Shown here one piece after another: positions 1 through 9,346 of a stretch of DNA of 64,000 bases. The notes beneath the pieces are model-generated. The model had not been told where the DNA came from. It made no database searches and saw nothing but the letters and a program-made list of their open reading frames with translations. The stretch is from an uncultured Gemmatimonadales bacterium. Its GTDB lineage: Bacteria > Gemmatimonadota > Gemmatimonadetes > Longimicrobiales > RSA9. The first letter of the stretch is position 1; every line of letters begins with the position of its first letter. The translations under genes were made by a program, and so were the position numbers. Where the stretch lies: NCBI GenBank assembly GCA_963741945.1, contig CAVUKA010000001.1, forward strand, positions 898,560 to 962,559, in the 5' to 3' direction.

Positions 1-1590
1 GGAGCCCTTCAGGTCCTCTTCGAACGCCGCGTAGGCGTTGTTGATGGTATAGGAGCGGAGTGCCTGCTCGCGAGTGAGGCGCTGGTCCGGGTCGAAGGGG
101 GTTCCGTCAGGGAGGGTGCGGGAGACCGAAGCCCAGTAGCTGTTGAGCGGATTCACGTCCTCCACCGGGGTGTCGGTCCCGTTGGTCACCACGGCGCCGG
201 TCTTCCACAGCTCCTGCCAGCGGTAGGCGCCGGTGTGCGCCCGCTCGTCGCCGATGCGCTTGGGCACCCAGGGGAAATCGGATGTGGCGTGGACGCCCTG
301 CATGGCCGCGATCACGCCCAGGCTGGCGAAACGCGGGATGTCGGCGGGATCGAGGTGCTGGGCGTGCTCGATGCGCCAGCGCAGGCCGGTCCTGTCCGGA
401 TGCTCCGCCATCACCGTTTCGTAGATATCGAGAACTTCGCGGTTGGCACGGTCACCGATGGCGTGGGTGTTGACCTGGAAGTCGTTGGCGATGGCGATCT
501 CGGCCGCTTCCTTCACTTCTTCCACGGGCTCCAGGACCAGCCCGGTGCTGGACGGCATGTCGGTGTACGGGGCCAGCATCCACGCGCCGTGGGAGCCCAG
601 TGCACCGTCGATCTGCCGCTTGATGGAGCGCACCGTCAGGTGGTTGTTGCCCACGCCGATCATGCGGTACTCGGACAGGTGTTCCGCCATGGTCTGGTTG
701 CTCTCGCCGCGCACCATGACGTACAGGCGGATGGGCAGGGTGCCGGCTTCCGCCATGCGCCGGTAGCCGTCGATCACCCGGAATGACGCCCCGGCGTCGT
801 GGAAGGTGGTGATTCCTCTGGACAGCGCTTCGGTCGCCGCCAGCCGGACCACGCGCTGGAAGTGCTCCCACTTCTCTTCCTCGCTCATCCCCTCCCTGGA
901 CTCGGACAGGGCAGACGAGACCATGCGCTGCGCATTCTCCCGCAACAGGCCCGTGGGCTCGCCAAGAGCGTCGGTGAGAATCTCGCCCCCCTCGGGGGCG
1001 CGCGTCGCGCGGGTGATCCCGGCCAGCGCCATGGCGCGGGCGTTCACCAGCGAAGCGTGGCCGCTGGCGTGCTCCAGGATCACCGGGTTCAGGGGAGACA
1101 CAGTGCTCAGCGCGGCGTGGGTGGGTACCCCTTCCACGGCGTCGGCGGGAACGCTGTCCCACTTTTCCTGGTGCCACCCACGACCCAGTATCCATTCGCC
1201 GGGCGTGGCCTCGGATGCGGCCCTCCCGACCATGGCGACAATGTCGTCCCAGCTCCGAGCGGTCGTCAGGTCGAGCTCGAGCTGCGCTTCGCCCAGTCCC
1301 ATGAAGTGCCCGTGCCCCTCGATGAACGCGGGCATGACAAAGCTTCCACCCAGGTCCAGCACCCGCGTGTCCGGGCCGATGTAGCGACGGATGTCGGCGT
1401 CGCTCCCCACGGCCAGGATGCGGCCCCCTCTCACCGCGACCGCTTCCGCCGTGGGCTGGGCCGAGTCCACCGTGACCACGCGACCGTTCACCAGCGCCAG
1501 GTCCGCGGGCTCACGCACGTCGGCGGCGCACGCGGACAACCCCAGGGCGAGCGTGGCGCCCAGCACCACACTCCTGATCATTTCGTCCAT
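1..1590 (-). CDS. amidohydrolase-3 (YtcJ-like) metal-dependent hydrolase, predicted lipoprotein; C-terminus lies beyond window edge
   Basis: Absent from ORF track because no stop falls in the window. Own reverse translation from ATG 1590 (alt ATG 1581) gives MDEMIRSVVLGATLALGLSAC (lipobox), then FVMPAFIEGHGHF, NTHAIGDRAN and RIEHAQ motifs of the amidohydrolase superfamily. Frame stays open to nt 1; purine-rich SD upstream. Confidence 0.8.
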   Translation of the reverse strand, partial: MDEMIRSVVLGATLALGLSACAADVREPADLALVNGRVVTVDSAQPTAEAVAVRGGRILAVGSDADIRRYIGPDTRVLDLGGSFVMPAFIEGHGHFMGLGEAQLELDLTTARSWDDIVAMVGRAASEATPGEWILGRGWHQEKWDSVPADAVEGVPTHAALSTVSPLNPVILEHASGHASLVNARAMALAGITRATRAPEGGEILTDALGEPTGLLRENAQRMVSSALSESREGMSEEEKWEHFQRVVRLAATEALSRGITTFHDAGASFRVIDGYRRMAEAGTLPIRLYVMVRGESNQTMAEHLSEYRMIGVGNNHLTVRSIKRQIDGALGSHGAWMLAPYTDMPSSTGLVLEPVEEVKEAAEIAIANDFQVNTHAIGDRANREVLDIYETVMAEHPDRTGLRWRIEHAQHLDPADIPRFASLGVIAAMQGVHATSDFPWVPKRIGDERAHTGAYRWQELWKTGAVVTNGTDTPVEDVNPLNSYWASVSRTLPDGTPFDPDQRLTREQALRSYTINNAYAAFEEDLKGS

Positions 1591-1638
1591 GCCTCTCTCC
1601 CTGTTGATCGCCCCCGGCATCGTGCCGCGGGCGAGCGT

Positions 1639-2241
1639 TCACATGATTGCGAAAGCGTTCACCAGGCCCAGCCCCACGAGCGTGTTGAAGATGACGTTCC
1701 CGGCCAGAACGGCCGAGAAGATGCCGAGCAGCGGAAAGCCCAGGAATGCGAGTGGGATCACCAGGATCTCGTTGGGCGCCGGAATGAGCGCGGCGTAGAG
1801 GAACATGAGGAGGAAGGGCAGCCACGGCCGGCGACGCCGCAGCCGCTCCAGCTGCATCAGCCTTCCGTGCAGCCGCGGCGAGAAGACATCCCGTGCGGCG
1901 TGGCCGATCAGGTAGCCGAAGAGGTCCCCGAGCGTCATTCCGACTGCGATGAGCGCCACCGTCGGCACGGGCTGGAGCCCCACGTCCATGAAGAACGGGA
2001 GAAAGGCAATGAGCGGCACCGGCACCACGAGGTTGAAGCCACTGATGGCGGCGGCCGCGACCACGCCCGTGTACCCGAAATGCCGGGCGCCTTCGCGAAC
2101 GAAGTCGTGCTGGGCGGCATACAGGTTGACCCAGATGGCGAACGCCAGGACGAGCGCGAGGAGCCCCACCTTGAGAGCGAAGCGGAGTGCCGCGTGTGGC
2201 CGCGCGCGGCCCCGCCTCCGCGGATTCAGGGCAGCTCCCAT
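1639..2241 (-). CDS. DedA/VTT-like integral membrane protein (family tentative)
   Basis: The last 200 aa of ORF 1639..2796 are hydrophobic multi-TM (VVPVPLIAFLP...GDLFGYLIGHAARD). The upstream part of that ORF is an out-of-frame overlap with the GGDEF-EAL gene, so the start is moved to ATG 2241 (MGAALNPRRRG). Confidence 0.6.
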   Translation of the reverse strand: MGAALNPRRRGRARPHAALRFALKVGLLALVLAFAIWVNLYAAQHDFVREGARHFGYTGVVAAAAISGFNLVVPVPLIAFLPFFMDVGLQPVPTVALIAVGMTLGDLFGYLIGHAARDVFSPRLHGRLMQLERLRRRRPWLPFLLMFLYAALIPAPNEILVIPLAFLGFPLLGIFSAVLAGNVIFNTLVGLGLVNAFAIM

Positions 2242-4760
2242 ACGCGAAACCGGGCGGCAGCCGCGACGTCGCCGGGCATCGGCCGGGCCAACTGATAGCC
2301 CTGGGCCGACTTGCATCCGAGGATGCGGGCCATCCTGAACTGCTCGCGGGTCTCGACGCCCTCCGCCACGACTTCCATCTCCAGCTCGTCGGCGAGCGCC
2401 ACGATGGTACGGACGATCTCGCTGTTCTCGCCGTTCGCCCCGATCGCGCGGATGAAGGAGCCGTCGATCTTCAGGGTATGGGCCGCGAAGCGGTGGAGGT
2501 AGCTCAGCGACGAGTAGCCGATGCCGAAGTCGTCGATCATGAGGCGGACGCCCAGTTCGCGCAGCACCTCCATCATGTGAATGCTCGTCTCGGCCTGCTC
2601 CATCAGCACGTTCTCCGTCAGCTCCAGCCGCAGCGATTCCGGGGGGGCGCCCGTCTCGTCCAGCGCGCCCCGGAGCTGATCGATCATGTCGCGTTGCGAC
2701 AGCTGGGTGGCCGACAGGTTCACGGCCACGTAGGGACCCCGGTCGTCGGCGATCCACCACTCCCGGGCCCGGCGCGTGGCCTCGCGCAGCGTCCACCAGC
2801 TGATCGGGACGATGAGCCCCGTCTCCTCGGCCACGTCCAGGAACTCGTCCGGGCGAAGCAGACCGCGCTCCGGATGCTCCCAGCGCAGCAGCGCCTCGTG
2901 GCCCAGCAGCGACCCATCACTCAGCGACACGATGGGTTGATAGTGGAGCGTGAACTCCTGCCGCTCCACCGCACGGCGGAGCGCCGTCTCCAGCTCCATG
3001 ACGGCCACTGCCTGGTCGTGCATGGCCCGATCGAACACTTCACTCCGCGCCCGCCCCGCGTTCTTCGCGCGGTACATGGCAATGTCCGCGTCGCGCAGGA
3101 TGTCCTCGGCCTTGCGGTACTCCTCCGAGCTGACCGCGATGCCGGCGCTGATGGTGGCATAGACGTCGCGCCGGGCGATGCTGAAGGGAAGCCGCACGGC
3201 CTCGTGGATCCGGTCCGCCACCGCAGTGGCCTCCTCCACGTCGCTCACGCCGTCCAGCAGGAGCGCGAACTCGTCGCCGCCCACGCGCGCGACCGTGTCG
3301 CCGGGCCGGAGGCAGCCTTCCAGGCGCCGCCCGATCTCCACCAGCAGCTGGTCCCCCACGCCGTGCCCGAGGCTGTCGTTCACCACCTTGAACCGATCCA
3401 CATCCAGGAAGAGCACGGCAAACCCGGGCGTGTCCACCCGCCGCCCCCGCTTCACGAACTGGTTCAGGCGGTCCATGAAGAGCGCCCGGTTGGGAAGCCC
3501 GGTGAGGAGGTCGTGCAGAGCGTCGTGGAGCAGCCGGTCCTCCACCTCCTTCCGCTGCGTCACATCCCTCGCGTTCACCACCACGCCGTTCACGGATGCG
3601 TGGTGCAGCAGGTTGCGCCCGACGGCTTCCAGCGTGCGCCAGCCCCCTTCCCGGTCCCTGAAACGCAGTTCGAGCCGAGAGATCATCCCGGGCTGCCCCT
3701 CCGCCACGGCGAAGACCTCCTTCACGCGCGCCAGGTCTTCCGGATGGATGTAGTCGAACACGGACGTGCCGACCATTTCCTCGGGGGTGAAGCCGAGGAC
3801 CCGGCCCACGGATGGACTCTCGTACGCGATGGTGCCATCGGCGGACAGGATGGTGATGGTATCGAGGGCGTTCTCGATCAGCGCGCGGAAGTACTCCTCG
3901 CTCTCGCGCAGGGCGGCCGTCGACCGCTTCCGCTCCGTGATGTCCTCGATGATCCCCTCGTAGCCGACGGTCTCGCCGCCCGCGGCCCGGTGGGCCGTGG
4001 CGGTGATCAGGCAGTCCAGGACGTGACCGTCCCGGTCCGTGAGCCGGACTTCGTAGTTCCGGACCGAGCCGTTCTCCTCGATCGCGCGCTGGAAATGCTC
4101 GCGGTCGGCAGGATCGACGTAGAGCGCGCTGGCGTTCAGCCGCAGGAGCTCGCGGCGGCTGTAGCCGAACAGGTCCAGCATGGAGCGATTCAGGTCGACG
4201 AAGTCGCCGCTCCGGGTGGTGATGTAGAGCGCGTGCCGGGATTCCTCGAACAGCCGGCGATACCGGCGCTCGCTGGCGATGAGCGCCTCCTGCATCCGCT
4301 TCTGCTCGGTGACATCACGGAAGCTCCAGACGCGACCCACCACCCGCGCCCCGATCCGCTGCGGTCGGGAGAACCGCTCGATGACCCGTCCATCCCGGAA
4401 ACGGAGGACATCGTGTCCGGTCCGCTCGGGGTCCTCGTAGAGGGCACGCACCCGGTCCCTGAATGTGGTCGGGTCCTCCAGCTTCTCCACCACGTACTGG
4501 AGCGCCAGCTCGTCATCGGCCGCCGCGAGCACTTCCTCGGGGACGCCCCAGATCTCCACGAAGCGACCGTTGTAGCTGATGATGCGGCTATCCCGGTCCA
4601 CCACCAGAACGCCATCGGTGGTGGAGTCGAGCGCCGCCTTGAGGAGCGAGGCGGAGCGCTCCAGCCGCTCCTGCACCACGCGGAGCTCTTCAGCCTCCCG
4701 TGCATTCTCGTCGACGAGGTGCGGCTCCAGGTCGGACTCCCGGGTCGCGTCCATTTTCAA
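2226..4760 (-). CDS. PAS-PAS-PAS-GGDEF-EAL c-di-GMP signalling protein
   Basis: 844-aa ORF with repeated PAS-like segments, a GGDEF motif (RVGGDEFALLL), and EAL-domain motifs (HEALLRWEHP, DDFGIGYSSLSYL). Confidence 0.9.
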   Translation of the reverse strand: MKMDATRESDLEPHLVDENAREAEELRVVQERLERSASLLKAALDSTTDGVLVVDRDSRIISYNGRFVEIWGVPEEVLAAADDELALQYVVEKLEDPTTFRDRVRALYEDPERTGHDVLRFRDGRVIERFSRPQRIGARVVGRVWSFRDVTEQKRMQEALIASERRYRRLFEESRHALYITTRSGDFVDLNRSMLDLFGYSRRELLRLNASALYVDPADREHFQRAIEENGSVRNYEVRLTDRDGHVLDCLITATAHRAAGGETVGYEGIIEDITERKRSTAALRESEEYFRALIENALDTITILSADGTIAYESPSVGRVLGFTPEEMVGTSVFDYIHPEDLARVKEVFAVAEGQPGMISRLELRFRDREGGWRTLEAVGRNLLHHASVNGVVVNARDVTQRKEVEDRLLHDALHDLLTGLPNRALFMDRLNQFVKRGRRVDTPGFAVLFLDVDRFKVVNDSLGHGVGDQLLVEIGRRLEGCLRPGDTVARVGGDEFALLLDGVSDVEEATAVADRIHEAVRLPFSIARRDVYATISAGIAVSSEEYRKAEDILRDADIAMYRAKNAGRARSEVFDRAMHDQAVAVMELETALRRAVERQEFTLHYQPIVSLSDGSLLGHEALLRWEHPERGLLRPDEFLDVAEETGLIVPISWWTLREATRRAREWWIADDRGPYVAVNLSATQLSQRDMIDQLRGALDETGAPPESLRLELTENVLMEQAETSIHMMEVLRELGVRLMIDDFGIGYSSLSYLHRFAAHTLKIDGSFIRAIGANGENSEIVRTIVALADELEMEVVAEGVETREQFRMARILGCKSAQGYQLARPMPGDVAAAARFRVWELP

Positions 4761-4864
4761 ACGGCTTGCGTCTCGCTGGTTCAGTGGGGCCGGGCGGTGG
4801 GACCGGAGCGCACGCTAACGCGCACCCCACAGCGCCGCAAGCGCGACGACGCCCGCCCGCGCGC

Positions 4865-5737
4865 TCACTCGCCCGCATCCACGGCCGCCACGCGGCCCAG
4901 ACCCGCCCAGTCGATCTCGCCCCAGCCGCGCGCGGCGGCCGAGAGGAAGCGGTCGCGCAGGAGACTGGCAAGTGGGAGCGGCACTTCGGTCTCATCCGCG
5001 GCCCCCAGCGCGTAGCGCACGTCCTTCAGCCCATGCCGGAGCTTGAAGCCCGCCGGTTCGTAGCGCTGCGCCTCGATGAGCCCGCCGTAATTCTCGTAGA
5101 TCGGCGAGCGGAACAGGCGCGTTGCCACCGTGCGGAGGAACTCGCCCGTATCGATGTCGTAGCTGCGCACGAACGTGAACGCTTCCGCCATGGCCTCGAT
5201 GGCGGACGCCAGCAGGAAGTTCCCGGCCAGCTTCACCACGTTGGCCTGCTCCGGCTGCTCCCCGGCCGCCACCACTCCCTGACCCAACGCGTCGAACGCG
5301 GGCGCGCACGCCGACCGGACATCCTCACCGCCGCCCGCGATCACCCACAGCTTGGCCGCCTCCGCCGCCTCGGGGCGGCCGAATACCGGGGCGGCGATGT
5401 AGCGCTGCTCCCGCTCCGCGTGCGCGTCGGCGAGCCGTCGAGACAGGCCGGGGCTGATCGTGCTCATGGACGCGTGGATCGCCCCCGCCGGGAGCCCGGC
5501 CAGCAGACCATCGCTGCCGAACGCCACCCGCTCCACTGCCTCGTCGTCCGAGAGCATCGTGATCGCCAGCTCCGCCTGCCGCGCCGCTTCCTCGGGCGAT
5601 GCGGCGACGGTGGCGCCTTCCATCGCCTCCGCCTTCGACCGCGTCCGATTCCATACCGTTACGGCGTGCCCCTTCGCCACCAGGTTGCGCGCCATCGGTG
5701 CACCCATGCTGCCCATCCCCAGGAATGCCAGTCGCAT
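4865..5737 (-). CDS. NAD(P)-dependent beta-hydroxyacid dehydrogenase family oxidoreductase (3-hydroxyisobutyrate DH-like)
   Basis: Start trimmed to ATG 5737 (MRLAFLGMGSMGAPMARNL, Rossmann GxGxxG), preceded by GAGAGGAGAGAGG. 290 aa. The upstream 58 codons of the track ORF are Arg/Pro-rich. Confidence 0.85.
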   Translation of the reverse strand: MRLAFLGMGSMGAPMARNLVAKGHAVTVWNRTRSKAEAMEGATVAASPEEAARQAELAITMLSDDEAVERVAFGSDGLLAGLPAGAIHASMSTISPGLSRRLADAHAEREQRYIAAPVFGRPEAAEAAKLWVIAGGGEDVRSACAPAFDALGQGVVAAGEQPEQANVVKLAGNFLLASAIEAMAEAFTFVRSYDIDTGEFLRTVATRLFRSPIYENYGGLIEAQRYEPAGFKLRHGLKDVRYALGAADETEVPLPLASLLRDRFLSAAARGWGEIDWAGLGRVAAVDAGE

Positions 5738-5851
5738 CCTCTCTCCTCTCGCGTTCCGGTCCACCGGTCGGATCCCGCGCTCCACCATACGCATGCGGCG
5801 CGCCCCCTGCACCGGAACGCGGGACGCCCGAGGCTGGACCGGCACCGCCTG

Positions 5852-5894
5852 AAAACGGGTCGAGGGCGCCGGCCACGCCGTCGCCCTCGACCCG
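5852..5894 (-). terminator. rho-independent terminator candidate closing the cytochrome operon
   Basis: Perfect 13-bp stem CGGGTCGAGGGCG / CGCCCTCGACCCG (5856-5868 and 5882-5894), followed on the minus strand by TTTT (5852-5855). It lies about 18 nt after the stop at 5913-5915. Confidence 0.6.
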
Positions 5895-5912
5895 TCCGGC
5901 CCCTGCTGCATT

Positions 5913-7316
5913 CTACCGCCCGCGCCGGAGCACCCGCTGATGGAACGCGTCGGGCATCGACCGGATGTCCAGTGGCTGCGACGTGCTGTAGTGGCAGTAG
6001 GAGCAGAGGCCCACGTGCGGCACCGGCCCCATGGCGGGCGGTGAGGGCGGCGTCCTTCCGGACACGGCGTATGCCTCCTGCGCCCTGGCCACGGCGTTGC
6101 GGACGAGACGGTCGCTCAACTCCAGGTTGTGCTCACCGCCCGCGCGGGCGACCAGGTCCACATCCGCCCGCGCGGTGGCCAGCAGCGCCCGGGCGCTGTC
6201 CGGCGGATCCGGCAGCGCCTGCTCGGCTTGCCGCAGATACCGCTGCGCCGCGCCGAGCCGGGACTCGACGCCGCTCGTCCACCAGCCGAGCACCTGCGTA
6301 TACTCCTTCTCGTGGCACAGGGCGCACGCCTGCGCCTCGCCCCGGTACGGACCCACCGAGTCGGCTGCCGTCGGGATGTGACAGGACCGACACGTCACGC
6401 CCGCCAGAAACTTCGCGCTGGGCACCACATCCCCTTCCGGAGAGACGCCCAGGATCAGCTGCTGCTGCGCCGCGTGCACGCCCTGGTGGCACGCCGAGCA
6501 CACACTGCTCTCCGGCCACTGCCCGGGGCCATTCAGCTTCACGCCGTGCTCGGACGTGTGACAATCCGAGCAGATCAGGTCCACTGCCGAGCTCATCGCC
6601 GCCACCCGATGCATGTGCTTCTCGTGGCAGGAATTGCAGGTCACACCACTGTGCAGCGGATGGAGATCACGCCCCACGGCTTTCTGGTTCAGCGCGGCAA
6701 TGTCGGTATGGCACTCCCGGCAGCGCGCGCTCGCCACGTCCGTATTCGCCTCCGAGACGTCGTAGTGGCATCGCACGCATCCGATCTCCATCCACGGCAG
6801 CTCCGAATGCGACACCACCACGCCCTGGCTGGTGAAGCGGGAGTGGTTGGGCCGCTGATGGCACACGCGGCAATCCTCCGGGGCGCGGCTGGACACCTGC
6901 GACAGATGACAGAGGGTGCACGCATCCACCGACGGCTCCAGCGGCTCGCCGCCCGCGTCGTGCGTGTGGCACCCCGCGCACGTGGCCTCGACCGGTCCAC
7001 CCTCGCCGTGGTTCCGGTGGCGGAACTCCACCGTGGCCAACCGGACTTCCGGCGGACCGCCGGCTTCGTGGCAGCCGGAAGCCTGGCACGACGATGACGG
7101 AACGGTGGCGCGACCCCGCTCCCCTGCCGGGCCCTGGTGGCACGCGCGGCATGCGAGGTCCGCGTGCGGATCCGCGCGCTGGGCCGAAGCGGCCGGCGCT
7201 GCGGCCACGACCCCCGTGTCGGCGGCGTTCCCTCGCGATGCCCCCGGCCCGGCCGGCTCGCAGCCGGCCAGGGCGGCAGCCAACGCCAGCATCAGCGTCA
7301 GCAGAAGCTTACCCAT
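5913..7316 (-). CDS. periplasmic multihaem c-type cytochrome lipoprotein (12 CXXCH + 1 CX4CH)
   Basis: Start set to ATG 7316 (MGKLLLTLMLALAAALAGC, lipobox). Counted CRACH, CAGCH, CTLCH, CRVCH, CVRCH, CRECH, CNSCH, CSDCH, CSACH, CRSCH, CALCH, CSYCH plus CQASGCH. The upstream part of track ORF 5913..8120 is shadow sequence over the neighbouring gene. Confidence 0.85.
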   Translation of the reverse strand: MGKLLLTLMLALAAALAGCEPAGPGASRGNAADTGVVAAAPAASAQRADPHADLACRACHQGPAGERGRATVPSSSCQASGCHEAGGPPEVRLATVEFRHRNHGEGGPVEATCAGCHTHDAGGEPLEPSVDACTLCHLSQVSSRAPEDCRVCHQRPNHSRFTSQGVVVSHSELPWMEIGCVRCHYDVSEANTDVASARCRECHTDIAALNQKAVGRDLHPLHSGVTCNSCHEKHMHRVAAMSSAVDLICSDCHTSEHGVKLNGPGQWPESSVCSACHQGVHAAQQQLILGVSPEGDVVPSAKFLAGVTCRSCHIPTAADSVGPYRGEAQACALCHEKEYTQVLGWWTSGVESRLGAAQRYLRQAEQALPDPPDSARALLATARADVDLVARAGGEHNLELSDRLVRNAVARAQEAYAVSGRTPPSPPAMGPVPHVGLCSYCHYSTSQPLDIRSMPDAFHQRVLRRGR

Positions 7317-9346
7317 GTCATCATCCCGATCAGCAAGAGACCCAGTCCGAGAGCGAGGAACCCGAGGATGGCGGCCACCAGCGTCTGCCGCCGGTTCGGC
7401 GGCGGCGCGGGGGCATCCTGCTCCTGGTCCGCCGTCATCGCTCCGGCGCTGCGCGCCTCGATGTGGCCCAGGATGCGCGGGTGCTCCTCCTCCATGTACT
7501 CCACCGTCGCGCGGCCCGTGAACATCACCGCATCCAGGGGGAACTTCTCCGGCCGCAAGTGGACGTTGAAGAAGTGGATGGTGAAGATGAACAGGGTGGC
7601 GAGCATGGCCTCGTCGCCGTGCACCACCGTGGCCACGTTGAAGAACCAGCCGGGGACGAACCCGGCGAACAGCTCCGGCAACCAGAGCATGAGCCCCGTG
7701 CCGCCGATGATCGCCACGCCCCAGAACACGGCGAAGTAGTCGAACTTCTCCATGTAGCTGTAGCGCGCGAACCTGGGCCGCGGTCCCAGCCCCAGGAACC
7801 AGCGGAACTGGTTCGTGAAGTCCGTGATGTCCTGCGGGTGCGGCACGATCGAGTCGGGACCCCACAGTAGCCGGCGCCGATCCGGTGCCCGGATCAGTGC
7901 GCGGATCAGGTAGAACAGGTGCGCGGCGAAATAGCCGAACGTGATCGTCGCGCCGACGCGGTGCAGCAGCCCGGCCATGTGCACGCCGCCGAACAGGTGC
8001 ATCAGGCCCGCGGACCACGGCGCGCAGCTGAAGCGCAGTGGCATCCCGGTGAACACGAGCAGGAAGAAGGAGATGATCACCGCGGCGTGCGTCAGCCGGT
8101 GGTACAGCCGGAATCGCCACACGTAGCGCCCCCGCCCGCGCTGCGCCGCATCGAGCGCCACATCCCGGTTCGGCAGGCGGTATCCGTGACCGCTCTTCCC
8201 CCGCGCCGTGTCAATGGCGATGCGCAGGAGCCAGAGCAGCGTGTGCAGCCCGAACATGGCCATGGTCCCGACCAGGAGCCACGTCATGAACTTGTACGCC
8301 CAGTACAGCAGCGGATTGCGGCTCTTCTCGTGCGGATTCGCGTGCGGGTCGAATTTCGCGAACGACGCCGTCGCATCCGGGTGACACGTCCTGCACGTGG
8401 ACACCAGGTTCCCGGGCGCCACCGTCGACTGCGGATTGTCCGCGCCGTGAATCTGATGCGCGCCGTGACAGTCGGCGCAGGTGGCCGTGGCGGTCGAGCC
8501 CAGCGTCGTCGCCTGCCCATGGTATGAGTCCGCGAACGACTCCGCGTACTCCTCGTGGCAGCGCGCGCACGCCTGGACGGTCAGCTCCGCCGCGTGCGGC
8601 CCTGACGGACCCGCCGTCGGGTGGGCGCCATGGCACGCCGTGCACGTGGGCACCTCGACGTTGCTCAGCTCCACCCCGCCGCCGGCGGTCGCCGCCTTCA
8701 GCGCCAGCCCATGGACGTCAGTCTGCCACGCGCTCGCGATGGAGTCGTGGCACGCACCGCACGTACGCGGCTGCGACGCCGGGCTCAGCCTCGACTCGGG
8801 ACGGTCCGGCGGCATCGCCGCGTGCGGCGCATGGCAGGCGTAGCAGGGCGCTTCGCCCGCGTGTGGATCATCATCGCCCAGGCGCTGCGTCTCGTGGCAG
8901 GCGATGCACCGGTCGACCATTGCTGGCATGGCGTCACCGCCCATCTCCAGTGCGGCCGGCCGCGCCACCTGGTGCGTGGTGTGGCACTGCCTGCAGTCCA
9001 CGCCCGTCCGCCCGTCGCCGGCTGCATGCGCCCCCTCCCGCCACGTCGAAGCCACGTCCTCGTGACACGAGGCGCATGTCTGCGACGCCGCCTCCGCCGG
9101 GTGCGGGAACCGGTCGAACCCCGTGTGGCACCGCGAGCACGAGAACCCGGCGTGGGCGGTGCCGTCCAGCAGCGAGTCCGGGACGAGGAGCGCCCGCGCA
9201 TCAGCGAGACTGCGCGTGTGCTGTCTCAGCAGCTCCAGCTCACCGTGGCACTGGGTGCACGTAAGCGCCTGCTGCGCGGAGCCGGGCGACGCCCAGAGGG
9301 CCGCGGCCACCAGCACCGACAGCCCCATCGCGAGTCGGTGTCTCAT
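7298..9346 (-). CDS. multihaem cytochrome c (11 CXXCH) fused to FdnI/HydC-type cytochrome b membrane domain (CbcL-like)
   Basis: Signal peptide MRHRLAMGLSVLVAAALWASPGSAQQ and 11 CXXCH in the first ~330 aa. Then 4-5 TM helices with conserved His (RFRLYHRLTHAAV...FTGMPL, LLHRVGATITF..AAHLFY, VVHGDEAMLATLFIFTIHFF). ATGA overlap with the upstream regulator gene at 9343-9346. Confidence 0.9.
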   Translation of the reverse strand: MRHRLAMGLSVLVAAALWASPGSAQQALTCTQCHGELELLRQHTRSLADARALLVPDSLLDGTAHAGFSCSRCHTGFDRFPHPAEAASQTCASCHEDVASTWREGAHAAGDGRTGVDCRQCHTTHQVARPAALEMGGDAMPAMVDRCIACHETQRLGDDDPHAGEAPCYACHAPHAAMPPDRPESRLSPASQPRTCGACHDSIASAWQTDVHGLALKAATAGGGVELSNVEVPTCTACHGAHPTAGPSGPHAAELTVQACARCHEEYAESFADSYHGQATTLGSTATATCADCHGAHQIHGADNPQSTVAPGNLVSTCRTCHPDATASFAKFDPHANPHEKSRNPLLYWAYKFMTWLLVGTMAMFGLHTLLWLLRIAIDTARGKSGHGYRLPNRDVALDAAQRGRGRYVWRFRLYHRLTHAAVIISFFLLVFTGMPLRFSCAPWSAGLMHLFGGVHMAGLLHRVGATITFGYFAAHLFYLIRALIRAPDRRRLLWGPDSIVPHPQDITDFTNQFRWFLGLGPRPRFARYSYMEKFDYFAVFWGVAIIGGTGLMLWLPELFAGFVPGWFFNVATVVHGDEAMLATLFIFTIHFFNVHLRPEKFPLDAVMFTGRATVEYMEEEHPRILGHIEARSAGAMTADQEQDAPAPPPNRRQTLVAAILGFLALGLGLLLIGMMTWVSFC

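Noticed and set aside
2187-5015. 942-aa plus-strand ORF
   Set aside because: It is antisense to the PAS-GGDEF-EAL gene, which has clear motifs. The translation is Arg/Pro/Gly/His-rich with no recognisable domain. This is a typical high-GC shadow ORF.
4700-6835. 711-aa plus-strand ORF and other long ORFs across the cytochrome region (e.g. 7094..7870, 8524..9264, 37964..39538)
   Set aside because: They overlap frames that contain regularly spaced CXXCH motifs and signal peptides. Their own translations are Pro/Arg/Ala-rich low-complexity sequence.
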